Below are positions 1 to 13,894 of a stretch of DNA of 64,000 nucleotides, in pieces. The translations under genes and the position numbers were made by a program. The first letter of the stretch is position 1, and each line of letters opens with the position of its first letter. The stretch is from Phoronis australis (lineage: Eukaryota; Animalia; Phoronida), in the NCBI GenBank assembly GCA_002633005.1, contig NMRA01000999.1, positions 9,810 to 73,809 of the forward strand, read 5' to 3'. The notes under the pieces are model-generated. The model was not told where the DNA came from, made no database searches, and saw only the letters and a program-made list of their open reading frames with translations.

Positions 1-42
1 GGTTCCAGGCTAAGCGTAATTCTATCAGTGTGCTGTTGCATT
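1..42 (-). CDS. LRRC74: LRRC74-like LRR exon, truncated by the window edge
   Basis: cattttag acceptor; (K)CNSTLIELRLAWN. Confidence 0.85.
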
Positions 43-3000
43 CTAAAATGATGAAAATTCAATAAAAAATCACAGGGTATTGAAAAAGATGTTACCATAC
101 TATCAATGGCAGCATTGACGAGCCTTAGTCGAAATCATTCAAAGTTATCGACCATGAAGAAACACAATACGAGTCCTTCTTTTCAAAATTTATATTACGT
201 CGATTATGTATTGTTCGTGTATATATAATATAATGATTACTTAGTGCGTTTCCTATGATGATGCCTCCAACTTCTCTAAACTCGTTGTGGCTGACATCTA
301 ATGACCTCAGGGACTTGTTAACCTGAAACAGCAACAACAGTCGTAGAAACCATTAAAATCTTCAGCATTTACATCTTACTTTAAGCAGGTTTTCCGTTTA
401 CAGTAACCATTCTACAAACTCGTACCAAACAACATAATTAGAGGAGTGTGCGAAATGAAAAAGAATGATATAGAACCTTGTCAACCGCTGAGAAAAACGC
501 GGCTACATAAGAGAATGGTTTACTTGAAAATAATTGTTTTTGTTTTTCCAAATGAGTTTGTAAATAGTTACGTACGCCACCTCGTGACCACCGGGCGCCG
601 GAAGAGAAAGAACCAATAACAGAGCTTCAGGACAACGTTATAAAAAGAACGCGCAAAACGAGAATGGCTAAAACAAAAAATGACGTTTATACCAAATAGT
701 CCACCGTTAAATAGACATCTAGACTAACCTAAAACAAATCTTCGGGGGGGTGGTCGTTTCTAATCCTCCCATGCATTTCATCTTGGTCAGCCCCAAATGA
801 AGTTGGGCCGTTTGTAAATAAATTTTTTGCTAACATGTGCGTGGTTTAAACAAGATACCCTTGTCTTAAATCAGAATTTCGTGATTTAAAGTCTCGTTTA
901 TGAAAGGTAACTGAAAACTTTTAGTCAGAAAATTTTGACTTAAACCACCACTTATCATGTTTTCCGTGTAATCGTAAGCACATCAGTTAAGAAATAATTC
1001 ATTATAGAATTATCTGAGTAACTAACTCTAAAATGCAAGGGTAAATTTTAAAGACCGTGAACTTTTGTAGAGGAACTATATATTTACTTTAAACAATAGT
1101 CATCGTATCTGGAAGGTAAGAGTTAAGTTCTTAAATCACTATCCATGAAACGGGCCATTGATCAGACTCGCAAAATCCGTTGTCGTTGCAGATATGCACA
1201 ATTTAGCTTATTTGGTGGAAATAAACAGTCGGAAGAATTCACACACCGGGGCGTGTGCAAAATTATGCATATATATATTGTAGTACCACAAAGGAACATC
1301 GCTTACCAGTAACATAGACCTAATAAACTTGGAATCCGTGTCGCGAAGACCGTTATCTGAAATGACATCAGGACATGCCTATCAATAAACGCACCATGAC
1401 TAACTATATTTATTAAAGTATACTCAGGGGCGGATTCAGGACTTGGAGTAGGGGGAGGCAGGGAAGAGCATTAGCTAGGATTCTGCCCGTCAGACATTCG
1501 CATCCCCGAACTTCCAAATGGAATCTGGAAGAATTTTAGGGGGCTATGGACCCCTTGCACCCCTAAATCCGCCATTGATACACGAATTTTCTTTTAGATA
1601 ATGTGTGTGATCGTGCGATTTTGCTGTACTTTCACATTTAGCTATGATTCTATATACTGGTATCACTCTGACTTACGTGACAAGTTCAGGCGATTGATTG
1701 TCGATGACGTAGATACTGCTCCACATATAGCTTCGGCACCGGAAGACCCTATCCCGTTCTCGGATAAGTTCTAGAAAAGAATCGGTCGTGTCAGTCGTTG
1801 AGGACATTGGCTGCAAAGTCTATAGAGGTGATATACGTGTTCTGTAACTGAATGACATCGTGTGTAAAAGCAATTGTTGTTGCAAACCGATAGAAAATGT
1901 ACCAAGAAATGACGTCTCATGAGACGGTAAGTTTCACTTACAGGTCACAAAAGTGATTAGCATTTGGCCGATTTCTAACTCAAGCTGAAATTGGCATATA
2001 TCTTGATCTTATTCGAGAAGTCGCTTTGAAGTGCATAAACAATTGCAAATACTGGGTCTTTAAATATTTTCTATTGGTGCACCAAATGAGCAGACGACAG
2101 TCACTGATGAGCAGACGACAGTCACTGATGAGCAGACGACAGTCACTGATGAGCAGACGACAGTCACTTACCAAGTGAGTCATGTAACTGTTAGCCTTCA
2201 ACATGTCAGCTATCCAGCGGGCACCTTGAGGTTGCATCCAGTTGTCTGTCAAGTCCAGCGACATGACGTGTCTATTGTTCTGAAATTAATGCAGAAAATT
2301 AATATCTTGAAAACGAAAAGGATCCAGTAATGTTAATGACTTTCTACCAAGCGCACACGCGCGAAAACATGAATAAATTTTAACTGGGATTTCCCTGGCC
2401 CAAATTCTTAAGGCATAAAGATGGTCATAAGTTGCCAAACCTGTTATTTTCAAGCTTTCATTAGTCCCATTTGAAATAATAAATACAGATGAATAACAAA
2501 CTATGCATTTCCTGGCAAGTCATTAATCCACCCACACTAAATATATTCATCTCAATATATTTTAGCTAACACACATCAGTTCATTCGAAGGTTATTCCGT
2601 AGCGATGCTCTTTAGAAAGGTTATCTTTTTGTACTAATGTAAATAAACAAGAATTTCAAACCAAATTTTAAAACATTTAATTTACAATCCTATTGCTTCA
2701 TTTCAGACGGTAAACCAGCAATTCTGACCGCGCTGTTGAATTACGAAAAACCGGAGAAAAGTAAATAGTCGAATACAAATACAAAAAGCCTATCATTTGA
2801 AAAATGTTCCTTATATGTTCCATTGAAGGAATTTTCTATTTTCTAAAATGTTTCTCTCAGGGTAGTTATTTAAGCATCCATTTTGTTTATCAACTAAACT
2901 CACCACTAAAGCCACAGCTAGCGATCGTACTCCTTTTTCTCCTAAACAGTAACGCCTCAGTTCCAGCAAGGGATCGGAGAGACTTCGGGTGATGACGGAA

Positions 3001-6000
3001 ACCGGAGGTATTCGAAGTCGGCGACACGCTTCTTCGTAGCACTTCGCGTAGAGTTTCTTTTCTGTAGGTATCATCGGAAAGATGGGGGCTTTGGTCACTG
3101 TTAAAAAAAACCCATTAAATGTGTTTCGTCAATCGTGTTTTCCATTCAGCTTCCATTGCCCAGTCTGTACATTTAATGCAGGTGAATGTTAATGCTTGCT
3201 TTAGTGTATGAATTTAGGCTTAGAGCAAACCCTTGAATAAGATTCAAATGTCCAAACTAACTGAAACTTGGGCATAAAGTTTCTACCAGGTTGCACGGAC
3301 CAACGCGTAGCGCAACATTTTGAACATCAGATTCCAAACGTGTGCTAAATAACGTTGGTCACTATTTGCATATTTCTGCTTCCAGTCAACCCTACTCGTA
3401 TTCCTCTGAGATGGGTCGGTCAGCAAACATCTTGTTTATATCTTGAATTTGTAATGGTGGACACAGACTGAAGTAGGAAAATCTTTTACAAGCGATTTTC
3501 TTCGATACGTTTGATGCTTTCATTCAGTAAATTAAGTCAACTGCAACTTTGTCAAAAACACTGTGTTGTGTGTCCATGTTCCTTATTCTAACGCGTGTGC
3601 ATTACATGTACTTTTTAGGTCTATTTTCTATCGCCAGGTCTCGGCAGTTACAAAGGGTGATATGATATTTTCATCTGTTTTCTTTATCATTGTCATTATC
3701 ATTGTCATTGACATTGCTGATTTAGTTGTTATGGTCATTGCCGTTACTATGGTTACAATTCTAATGAATTGTCTTATCGTGGACGTAGTAGCTCTCGTGG
3801 CACTAAGAAAAACATTGCCACACTTTCACTAGCACCAAACGTCATACATTTTCCATGCTATGACGTTTGGTCCTCACCAAACGCACGTATTGAATGCCAA
3901 TTGAGCACACCTGCGCTTCGCGCATCTACGGTTGATTTAGTTTTAACTTTCATGTAATGTATTGGGTTAAACTATCATTGATAGATGTAAACATGCCGGT
4001 ACACGAGAGGTTATTTGTGTTGTTTTCATAAGACACATCCTATCACAACGCAGGAGATTATAAGCGAATAATAACGCTGTGCACATGTTGTCTTTTGATC
4101 TGTTTGCTATGCAAGGAAGGGTTTATCTATAGGGAACTTAGCAATACACCTGGCTCATTTGGTCTTTTGTGTGCTGACTTGATGCGTTAGAATGTGTTCA
4201 CATATTTCAATTGAAGCCGTGAATCAAATGCTTTTGATAAACCTATCTAAAATGATCACCGCTGGCCTGTTCGTGTGGAAGCGTTTACGTTCACAGGTGT
4301 GTGTTTTATTTAAAAACTTTTTCCCAGCACGTCGGGATTTGGAAATTACCACTAAGGTGCCGAAAAGAACAGGTGAATTTAATCATTTAGGACGGAAACA
4401 ATAAAGCCAGTCTAAAGGCTCAAAATAAAGTTTAAGCAACTATTCCACGCTTGCTCGGCAAATCACGCGAGAATTTTCTATTTAGATCGGACCTCTGTGT
4501 GACAATATTAAACAACGGAGCTTTGTGGGAATATAACACGCCTCTGATAAAAAGATTATCGAAAGATTATATCAAATCTAAGCTCTTTACAAAAGGCATG
4601 AGAGGTGCTCTTCGCATTTGCCCAAAGTGTTTTCTTTGTTTGTTCTTCGAGGTGCAAACGAAGTCAAAGCAAATACAAGTCGACGCGAACTACCTCCTCA
4701 AAGTAGCGGCTCACTCTTGTGACTAATCAATCACGTTTCTCTAATCCTCTGATAAGGTAAACACATTGTCCATGTGTACAAAGGATTTGCATACAGGTAT
4801 GAAACAGTGGGATAGTGAGCAAGGAATCAATTCCGTCGTCTTCTCTATATTTTGCTGATAAGTACGCCATCATCTTAAGAACCGTAGCAATGCAACGCCG
4901 TACTAAAAGCTAACATGCGTAATATTAACCGTTTAAGAGAGATAAATTTTCCAACTGGCTCCCTAAAATGAAATAATGCCATGTAACCCTTATTTAACCC
5001 TAAACAATCTGGATTGAGTTTGATAACTCTTTACAAATTATTTTCAACAATGACCTGCAAGCGTGCCTAACGGCCGGGCCAGGGGAGTTACCCGATACCT
5101 ATATGGGGAAATGCAACTTACCAAAAGCCAGGTGACCTCTCTTATGAAATAGTGGGATTTTTAGCGTTTTCAGTTGAATACTAAATACTTTGTCATTCAG
5201 GCGATATACAAATGGTGGGAGAACATGGATTGGCAGAAAGAAAAATAATCGCCGTTTATCTCGCTGAAAAGGAAAATCGAATCAAAGCTTTTACTCTCAA
5301 ATATTGATTTCACAATATTCCATACCGGTATAATACATTATTTCCTGGAACAGGAGCTTCTAAACCATCAGCGACTAAAGAAAACGCCTTCAGGTTTTGT
5401 TGGGGTGGTCGAACCCTAGAATTGTGGAATCGAAATTGGTGCAGGAGTTGCCGGCTCAGTTGAAAAAAAATCATGAACGGATGAACGTGGCAATAGTTTT
5501 AAACCCCGAAGCGCTTCAGTTTAAACGTTCATATTGCCAGCTAAACTGGGTGCGAAATACTGCTTTAACTAACGTTGTCCGTTGGCCACCACCAGGGATG
5601 GTCAGAGAGATACTTCATCTTTCAACACACGTTATATTAATAGGCAACTTACCATCTCTGCTGATAGAATAATCCGCGAAAGTGAACTGTTTCGTTACTT
5701 CTCTTGCTAACGCCAAAATCTCGTTGTTATTGTTATTATCGTCATTGCTGTCCGTATTCTCGACGTTTTCATCGCTTTCACTGATCTTGTCGCCAGTAGG
5801 ACTTAAGTCCTCGTCGTGATCATCCAGTTTCGGCAAGTAGAACCGTGACGTAGTGAGCGTCAGTGGGATCTTACTGTTAGATCTTCTTGTAGACATCAAG
5901 TGCGTCTGAAAATGATTTTATTATATAAACATGGGAATAAAGAAGAAAAAAACTCCCTAGAAACCTGTGTGTATTGAAACGACAAATTCCGACCCAAGTA

Positions 6001-8554
6001 GCGTTGATATTTGATGACTAAAAACCGCTTGCGAGAGATTGTCTGTGTGTTCAAATCTACTCCACTACAAACCCATAGAGATGAACAGAATATCTCACTT
6101 ATAATGCGTTCAAAAACACAACAGCCTCAAGAGTGGTAATCACGAGAAAAATGCAAGAGATGAAACCACTCGGGGCTCATAAATTCGTCTTGAAATCATG
6201 TAACCCGAGGCGTTGACTTTGATTTCTTGAAATGCATAGGCTAATACTAAAAAAATGTCACAATCCGGCAATATCAAATTCCGCCTTACGGTCTCTGCTG
6301 CTCGGCAACTTCGTTAGTCTAAAGACAACTGTCGGTACTTTGCCAACGGCACGTATGGGACCATTGCCCTGTCAGACAGGACAACAGGACAACAGACACG
6401 TAATCAAACTTGCGTGAACCTACAGTATTACATTGCGAACTGACAGCTTTGACGCTTTGCAATTGTGCATCACATCAAAATTGCGTAAGCTACGCATACA
6501 AAGTGATGTTATTTTTGAAAGCACCCTCCGGATGAAGCAATATACGTAATAGTCATCTGGGGGGGGGGGGGGGGANGGGGGTAATCAATTAGTGAAAAAG
6601 AAGCCATGAACAATTATGGCCATTGCGGGCAGTGATTGAACATCGTTTCTTCGACACATCACTTAATGTGCTCATCCAAAACATCTAGCATCATACAGCC
6701 GTTTGTGTCGACCAGTGAAGCACAACTCAGTTGTTTTATTTTAGCGCCAGACGGGGTTTTAACGACACATGTTAACATCGTCATAACAAATAACCGTGAC
6801 ATTCGCTGAATCCTCAAGCAATGAAGTGTATCACATTATGTCTTTAAATCTCATTTTTAATTGGTAAACTGATATCAATCAGTTAATCCAATAGCCCTGG
6901 TGTTGGCCAGTTTAATCATCGAGAGATAAAACTTATATTAAGAAACACGACCCATCCTAGAACATTGTGCTCTGTGTAGAGCATGCGCTATGCCTCGTTA
7001 GTACGTTTCCGTTTTATCATCCGAGATATCGGGGTAGCTGTAATCTGAACATTTCGATTTGGGTCAACAATAAATCAAGAACGTTTTCAACTCTTAAAGA
7101 TCCACAAATTGATGTCGCGAAAGGCTGAAATTGCCGGAATAGTCAATTGAGACGGCGAATAGCGGGGTTGAAAAGGACACTGCGGGCGAGAAATTGATTT
7201 CTGACGTCGGTTTTAGCGTAGAATCGAACTTGGAATCCCCGCGGTGGCAATCGAACGCTTTACTGGCGGAGCTAAACACCACTTGATGAATGACAGAATA
7301 TTATAGTTATTTAACCGCTAAAGTCACCGCTTAGATTTTAGCGAATGTCTGGCAGACACTGTAAAAAATTAGCGAATTGAAAAATCCCCAAAAATTATCA
7401 ACCCCATCTCACAACATTCTCGAGTCAATCTGCGTTTGTTTTCTCGGCCGTAAAACTGCTAATATCCCTTAAGCTACAATAATCGGATCTTAAATCCATC
7501 ACAATGCATACTTCAGTGAGCAAGTACGACAAGATTGGCGGGATGCCTGGGAATACGAGGAACCCTTCCCTTGTTGACTTTAACATTATCTCCACGCAGA
7601 CTTGTTTCCGTATTCACCGCAATTGTCTCATTTTATACTCTCGAATATCACGCTATTTACTTCATCAATCCTGGTCTCTAGGTTTGGCCTCAGTCCTTTC
7701 ACATCTCAACTCTATTGTCTAGACTTGAATAACATATTTTAAGGGTCGAGAGTGACTGGATAAAACGACGAGTTAATGTGAAGAATTGCACTAAAAAGTG
7801 GATACGAGTTTAGAACGCGATATCGTTCAGGACATTCTTCTTCCGTTTTCTAATACACGAATTTGAGCGTGACAAAACCAACCGGTATTGCGTCACATAA
7901 GTGAGGATAGTTTGCAAATGACATCTCGGTGTACTTTGATTTTCAATGATTTTGATTAGTGTAAATTTATTGATGTACTGAATGTGAGCCATTTTGCTGA
8001 GCACAACCAGACAATCAAAACAATTCGCGTTAACTTAAAACTTGTATGTTAATTTTAGACCATTTCAGCACTTTTGACGTCATGTTGAAAAGCATCAATC
8101 GGAAATACTTTGTCATAAAATTCGCTTTGAATTGTTTTGTACGGATTTCCTGACAAAATGACACGAAAAGAGTGGTAACATGCTACAAACGAAAAAATAA
8201 AACATCCTGTTGAATGTAACCTATGTCATCGATCAAGTTGATCCAGCAATGAAATGCCTTTTCGTCTGGTCCAAAGAATTTCTCAATGACTGGTATTTAT
8301 TTGAAGAACTCACACTTCACGTTTTCATGTTGTACCTGCCGACGCGAAGCACTTCGTTAAGTGAAAATGTTAGCAATGTATTTACGACCGGAAATACTCA
8401 CCTTTGTCCTTGAGCGGTGCAGTTCCAAAAACGTTGCCTCTCTGCTACATTTGATGGACTCCGACCCATCGGGGTCCACGGGGGGACCCTCCAGGGGCGC
8501 CAGTTTTACTCCTGGATGTCCCTGTTTGGGACTTGTAGAGCCCCTGTCCATCAT
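1..8554 (-). CDS. LRRC74: LRRC74-like leucine-rich repeat protein (RI-like LRRs); 5' part of a spliced gene that continues beyond the left edge
   Basis: Phase-consistent GT-AG exons at 8402-8554(8610), 5653-5905, 2904-3097, 2172-2279, 1677-1770, 1307-1356, 241-322 and <1-42. They join into ...YEEACRRLRIPPVSVITRSLSDPLLELRRYCLGEKGVRSLAVALVNNRHVMSLDLTDNWMQPQGARWIADMLKANSYMTHLNLSENGIGSSGAEAICGAVSTSSTINRLNLSHNGLRDTDSKFIRSMLLVNKSLRSLDVSHNEFREVGGIIIGNALKCNSTLIELRLAWN. The 28-aa LRRs follow a YxxACxxxxxxP cap like that of LRRC74A/B. The start codon is uncertain (8554 or 5896). Confidence 0.85.
241..322 (-). CDS. LRRC74: LRRC74-like LRR exon
   Basis: tgtttcag acceptor, gtaatc donor; VNKSLRSLDVSHNEFREVGGIIIGNAL. 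Confidence 0.9.
1307..1356 (-). CDS. LRRC74: LRRC74-like LRR exon
   Basis: catttcag acceptor, gtaagc donor; (H)NGLRDTDSKFIRSMLL, phase 1 to 0. Confidence 0.85.
1425..1577. mobile_element. MITE of CAGGGGCGGAT/CAGTGGCGGAT type; inverted copy at 11360-11514
   Basis: TIRs caggggcggatt...aatccgccattg with flanks atact/ataca. The interior matches the reverse complement of 11360-11514. Confidence 0.75.
1677..1770 (-). CDS. LRRC74: LRRC74-like LRR exon
   Basis: ttttctag acceptor, gtaagt donor; NLSENGIGSSGAEAICGAVSTSSTINRLNLS. Confidence 0.9.
2086..2168. repeat. 21-bp minisatellite (atgagcagacgacagtcactg) x4
   Basis: Four near-perfect tandem copies read directly, abutting the LRRC74 exon donor. Confidence 0.95.
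2172..2279 (-). CDS. LRRC74: LRRC74-like LRR exon
   Basis: atttcag acceptor, gtaagt donor; NNRHVMSLDLTDNWMQPQGARWIADMLKANSYMTHL. Confidence 0.9.
2904..3097 (-). CDS. LRRC74: LRRC74-like exon, N-cap and first LRR
   Basis: tttttaacag acceptor, |gtgagt donor; YEEACRRLRIPP...LGEKGVRSLAVALV. Confidence 0.9.
5653..5905 (-). CDS. LRRC74: LRRC74-like exon, acidic N-terminal region
   Basis: cattttcag acceptor, G|gtaagt donor, phase 0 to 1, open frame THLMSTRR...SISRD. Confidence 0.7.
8402..8554 (-). CDS. LRRC74: LRRC74-like, putative first coding exon (MMDRGSTSPK...RSRTK)
   Basis: Acceptor ttgttttag at 8611, donor AAG|gtgagt at 8401. The phase 0 end matches the next exon. Confidence 0.55.
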
Positions 8555-10741
8555 GTTATTGGATTCGTTCGATGTCTCTGCATCGTGTGAAGTCTTCTTC
8601 AGAGTGTAAGCTAAAACAACACGAAAACTGGACGTGTACCATGAAAACGTGTTCAAATAAAATTCTAATATCGGTCCACTTGTACCGTAAGCGCACAACT
8701 TTCAAACTATTCCAATTGTTTTTCAATACCATGAAGAAAAATCAGGACATCTAAGACAGAAAGCCCGCGCATTACGTCACGACATGTGTTGATGCTAGAT
8801 CATATCGTCGTTCTGGAAAAATGATGAAAAGTACTTACATTAAATTCATAAGCCTTCCTACGGGGCACGTGAGAGCCGTGTCTCCTTGATGCAAGGTAAG
8901 AGTACGCGCGTCCATTCTCGACGGGAGGCACAGACATCTTATAAATTATCTACACCCCATTGCGGCGGCATGTCGTGATTATCCGACAGTCTCCTGGACT
9001 ACACTAAACTTTACACTTCTGAACTAGCAGGCTTAAGATACCATCGATCGTTTATCAACGACAATCTCTCTACGCATTTCCAAACAACCTTCCCAGATAT
9101 ATAAAGTTCTATCTAATTAAACGACACTTAAGCTCATCGTTGAAAATCAATTTGATAGATTGAAAATCACGCGGAGCTCCCTCGCGGGTACAACAGCTTT
9201 TTGATTGTCAATTTATCGAACACACAGTCGTGAATTCAACACCGACAATAAACACAAGTAATAACTTTACTTCATCGTCTTTCAAAGCACCGCTGGACGT
9301 TGTTTGGATGAATGGTCGCTCCTGTGGCGTTTACAAATGACGCGGTGGAGAAAGTGTCGTGCTCTGTTTGATTTGGTTTGGATGGCAATTGAAAGGAATG
9401 AAAAAATCCGGACGCAGGTTTTTTGTACTTAATCAGTGTGGATAAGTTGACTTGACCGGTTGATGAATGGCACTAAAGGCCGCAGGTTAGGATTCATGAT
9501 AGCGGGATGTAAATGAACAACCCAAGATTATTAGAGTGGAAACTCTATCTACAACACCAGTGTTATTCATTTTTTATATATTTTGATAATCAGTTCGTAT
9601 TTATCGATCCATTCGCGTTTTCTGAGGCCATCAAATTGGCACGTGGGCCAGTGGCATTTAATACAAGACCGGATCTCATGTGCAAATGGTCCACAATTCG
9701 TGACCCGAGAAGTTAAAAGAACGGTATCACGATGTTATAATCTGTTTCGTTAGAGACGGTGTAATGATCGATGTCTCACTCACACGGACAATTCTTGTGG
9801 TATCAATGCATGACTATTCAGAAGCGCATTTGTTTGTTACAAATTCACAATAGCTGAATGTCTAAGTCTTGAGGGTTTGGTTATACGGCGCCGGCATAAA
9901 CACCGTCTTCGTACTAGTTACAGTTGGTAGCAGAGCTACAAGTAACGATCTGGTCTCATGCTCCTATAGATACGCAACAGAAACTAAACGACAATGCTAT
10001 TTTAACTAAACAAAGTGCAATTGTAGTAAGTGATAACTTGTAAATGTGAAAACAATCCTGCAAATAGGTGAACTATGCACTAATGACCTACCTTGTGGGC
10101 CCACATAGCCCGCATCTAGGCCAATGCTGGCAGTGTTATTCCCTGACTACGCCACGATACTTTAACGGCAGGACACGGTTCAATGACTTGTAGTGTATCA
10201 TTTTCGCAAGAAAACTCGTTCTTAAAAACATTTGTCAATTTTCGTCGTACCCCATATTCATATCGTCGCTATACAGTGTATGTTCATGTTGTTCTAATTT
10301 GGTCAAGTAATCGCTGAGATAAGGAATTAGCGTGCAATTTTCATTATTATGTATGATTCTCTTTCATACTTAGGTGACACCTACATGTATAGGCCACATG
10401 ACTCAAAGCAGTTTCAAATCTCTCAGAAAAATAGTTGCACCGGGAAAAGTTGGTAAACGGATAGTAGGAAAAGAGAGGGGGGGGGGCTGTTTTACTAGCT
10501 TCTAAACTTGACAATGAAGCATTGTGTACGGAATGGAAAACACAACCTCGGCTTTCGAAGGGCACTTGGTTGTTTCAGAGTTAAAAACAACTTTCGATTT
10601 AAGTCACACAATTTTATGATATCGGAAAATCGTGAATTGAATTACAAATGATTCTCTGGCTCGAGAAGGACTGCCACCTGGCGAGCTCGTGATTTTACTT
10701 CAGACTGGCCCCAGACTCATTTTGTGCAGGACCATCGAGAT

Positions 10742-11182
10742 GGCCAAGTTTGGCAAACTTTGGAACATATCATATCTCAGAAATGTCTGATCTGAATGTT
10801 ATGAACATTTCAGACGCCAAACTTAAGTTTATGCAATGTTCTACAAAGTTCTGTTAGGAATTGTTTTTGAAATTCTCCACATTTGCAGAAGGGACAATTA
10901 AAATAGATGTTTTATGATTTTTACAAAAAAACAAAAGACAAAAATAAAATGATAATTCAAAAAAACTGAAACTGCGTTTTTGAGATTTCAGCCTGTACAT
11001 TTCAGTTGCTATGGATGTACCTTCTTTTTTGCTATATTTTATTAAAAACACATGGTTACGTGACCTAATTAATAGCAGATTCCCACGAAGTCAAAATTCA
11101 AATTATAATTATTTACTCTTAGGGAGTTAAAATCTATAATGTCGTGGATATGTGGCTAAACACACCAAGTCGATATGATCTT
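10742..11182. repeat. AT-rich interspersed repeat, probably a non-autonomous DNA transposon; copies at ~22549-23013 and ~49385-49760
   Basis: Shared blocks such as tttggcaa...tcatatctcagaaa, tttatgcaatgttct, gaattgtttttgaaa, ggctaaa and aagtcgata. Boundaries are approximate. Confidence 0.7.
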
Positions 11183-11359
11183 ACGTAATATTAGTGACTT
11201 GTCACGCGTGCTGTGTCAGTGCGATGCGTAAAACACTGGTATCATACTATTTTTACTTCATAACATTTCTCCCCAGTTTCTTTATAAGGAAATATCCGTA
11301 CCGGAAATTAAACAGATTGGGAACACTGTTGCCGTAACAGTAGGGTCGACTACCCTGTA

Positions 11360-11514
11360 CAGTGGCGGATTTAGAAGGGGACCAAGGGGGCCATGCCCCC
11401 CTAATATTCCCCCAGCTTCCATTTAGCAGTTCGGGGGTGCGAATGTCTGCCGGGAAAAGTCCTGGTTAATACAATGCCCTGCCCCCCCAACACAAAATCC
11501 TGGATCCGTCCCTG
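11360..11514. mobile_element. MITE of CAGTGGCGGAT type
   Basis: TIRs cagtggcggatt...gatccgtccctg with flanks ctgta/ctgtc. Confidence 0.75.
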
Positions 11515-13894
11515 CTGTCGACAACAGTTGTACAGAAACAGCCGTGATCACACACATTCCCGTCCTTACAGACATCCTTGCCTCGATCTAGTTAACAGTG
11601 CTCTTATAGTACTTACGTCACTTGTCTTTGTGGTAATTTCCAATTAGAAATTGTTGCTCTCTGACGCTTTTTTGCATGTAACTCGGTGAGCGCAGGTTTC
11701 AAAGTGCATCGGGTAACAAACTTGAACCAACTAAATGTGTATAATTCATGATCATGATTGAACATTTCAGCGTACAAGCCCCGCTCACCCACGTTCTACT
11801 TTTACGCACACGTACATGTATCACCAGGTAATTTTCATATTAATTTTATTGTATATTCTATATGATTATCTTTTCATGCATTTGTCAATCATTGTTCAAG
11901 TTGTAAATGTGAAAGCATTGGGCTGTCTTGCTAATAATCACTCTGTGATTAAGCAAGCGCCCTCTTGAGACACTTTCCATTGAAAAGCCTGTAATGCATC
12001 GAAAAATGTGGGGCGTAGGAACACGTCTATAGGGGTCAGTGAACTTACCTTCTAAGGCATACCCTAGGTAGAGGTCAACGTAGAGGATGTTCCGAGTCGA
12101 ATTCTGGCAATCAAGACTCGCGGCCACTGCCCGTTACTGTTGTGCCGATCACCATTAGAAGGTGTGCCAACCACGAACATTGAAGCCACGAGACTCAGAG
12201 ATGACTCACTTATATTCTACAGTCAAAGGACTCCTTAGNACGGTGTACTTCTGCTCCCTCGGCGAACTAGTCTTGTGATTTTTTTACCAAAATGTGCTTT
12301 GTAAAACTATTTATCTCAGCCAGTACTGTTTGGTCCCGCGACAGATCGACTATTTTTATAGGGATAATTAGCACAGGTGTACTCTCAGTGTACATCTGCA
12401 TCTGGTCCCTCTTCAAACTAGTCCAGTGTATCTTTTCACCACTGTGCACAGGATGTTTTGGTTTCGTGAAACTGTTTTCAGATGATTTGTTTCCTGATAG
12501 ATTTGACGTTTTTCAATTGTTGTCAACGTGATTCAGCTTAATAAAGTGATACTTAATTATTTATTGTCGCTTGTAATAATAGACTATGAGTTGAGAGCAC
12601 CATCGTTCGCCAGTTTTTCTCGTAACGAGACAGAACACATGTTTATTTCCGGACGAACAGTATACAGTAGGTCTTCGTTCTTAAACAACTTGAGGCTGCT
12701 GTGTTACGTGATCATCTGATATTCAAGTTTTTACGCCCAGACGGTGCGCCTTAATTATGCTCTTGAATATTTGGAAATTGTTTAAGCCCCTGTATACACA
12801 CCACACTTTTTCGTATACGACTTTTCGTATGCTAAAAAAGGTGTGTGTAAGCAGATGTTCCAACAAAAATTTTTGCTGGTGGCGTGACTCATACCCAGAT
12901 GTACACAATATGGTTTCACGAAACTTATGCGCCAAGTTCATGTGACGAAATCTAGAAGGGTTTTTAATTATCTTAAGAAAAACTGCAGAGACATGTTAAG
13001 TGCCAGAAACTTACCAGGATGCATGGAAATTTAACTATTTGTTTACAAAAACAAAAAAATTCTTACACGGGAAGGGAAACCCCCCTCCCGACCTCCCCCC
13101 GCTCGGCGCCACGCGCCTACGATTCGACCTTGGCGGGAATCCTAACCCCCCCTTGCTGAAAACGTAGATCCGCCACTGATATCTCAGCATAATTTAATCA
13201 GGAATGACACCATGTTTCATGGAGGTCGATATTTTGAGTCCTAACACTAAAGCGTCAAGCAAAACGACTAAAGTCTGCAGGGACGGCAACTCAACCAAAA
13301 TGTTTTGCACGCCACAGGCTCAGAAGTGGTTCTCCCGCAACAGAAATATTCAAGGTGGACGAGTTCAAGTATATTCAGATGGAATAATATCTTTGTTTCA
13401 GAAAAATTAACTACAGGTGGTCCTATCTGGCTCTTTGTTTTCTTGGGTACGCAAGGGTTCTAATTTTGGTGACTACCAGATCTCGAATTGCGCGTGCGTG
13501 AGTGCGGTGTGTGTGGGTGGTTCCATGTGCGTGTCATTTGTTTATTGTACAATGCTTTTCTGTTTTCAATAAATGAAAAATGTACAAACAAGTTTTGCAC
13601 GGTGCTCTTTCTCAGCAGTTGATAATAGGCTTGGCCAGAGTCTCCAGTCTATAATGGAATATTACTTTTATGTTCAAGTAAATTAGCAAACAATTGACAA
13701 AAACAGAGCTGCCATTTGGGAAAGTTTTTCCGGTGGTCTGCTACCTGGCGTTTTCAGTTTAGCCGAACGTGCTCTCAAGTCCGTTGCTCTTGGCGGTCCG
13801 TTACCAACTTTCTGTATCGTCCCAAAGGCACACGTGCACACTGACGTCATTCAAGATTTCGCTCAATGAGCAGCAGACCACGTGCTTTCTTAAA

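Noticed and set aside
2105-2168. Tandem hammerhead ribozymes (CTGATGAG in each unit)
   Set aside because: The GAAA core is replaced by GACA and no stems II/III can form.
3563-3832. Hydrophobic 89-aa ORF as a membrane protein, or an acidic exon on the opposite strand
   Set aside because: It is a degenerate ATC/ATT-type trinucleotide tract, the minus-strand frames have stops, and the LRRC74 exons join in phase without it.
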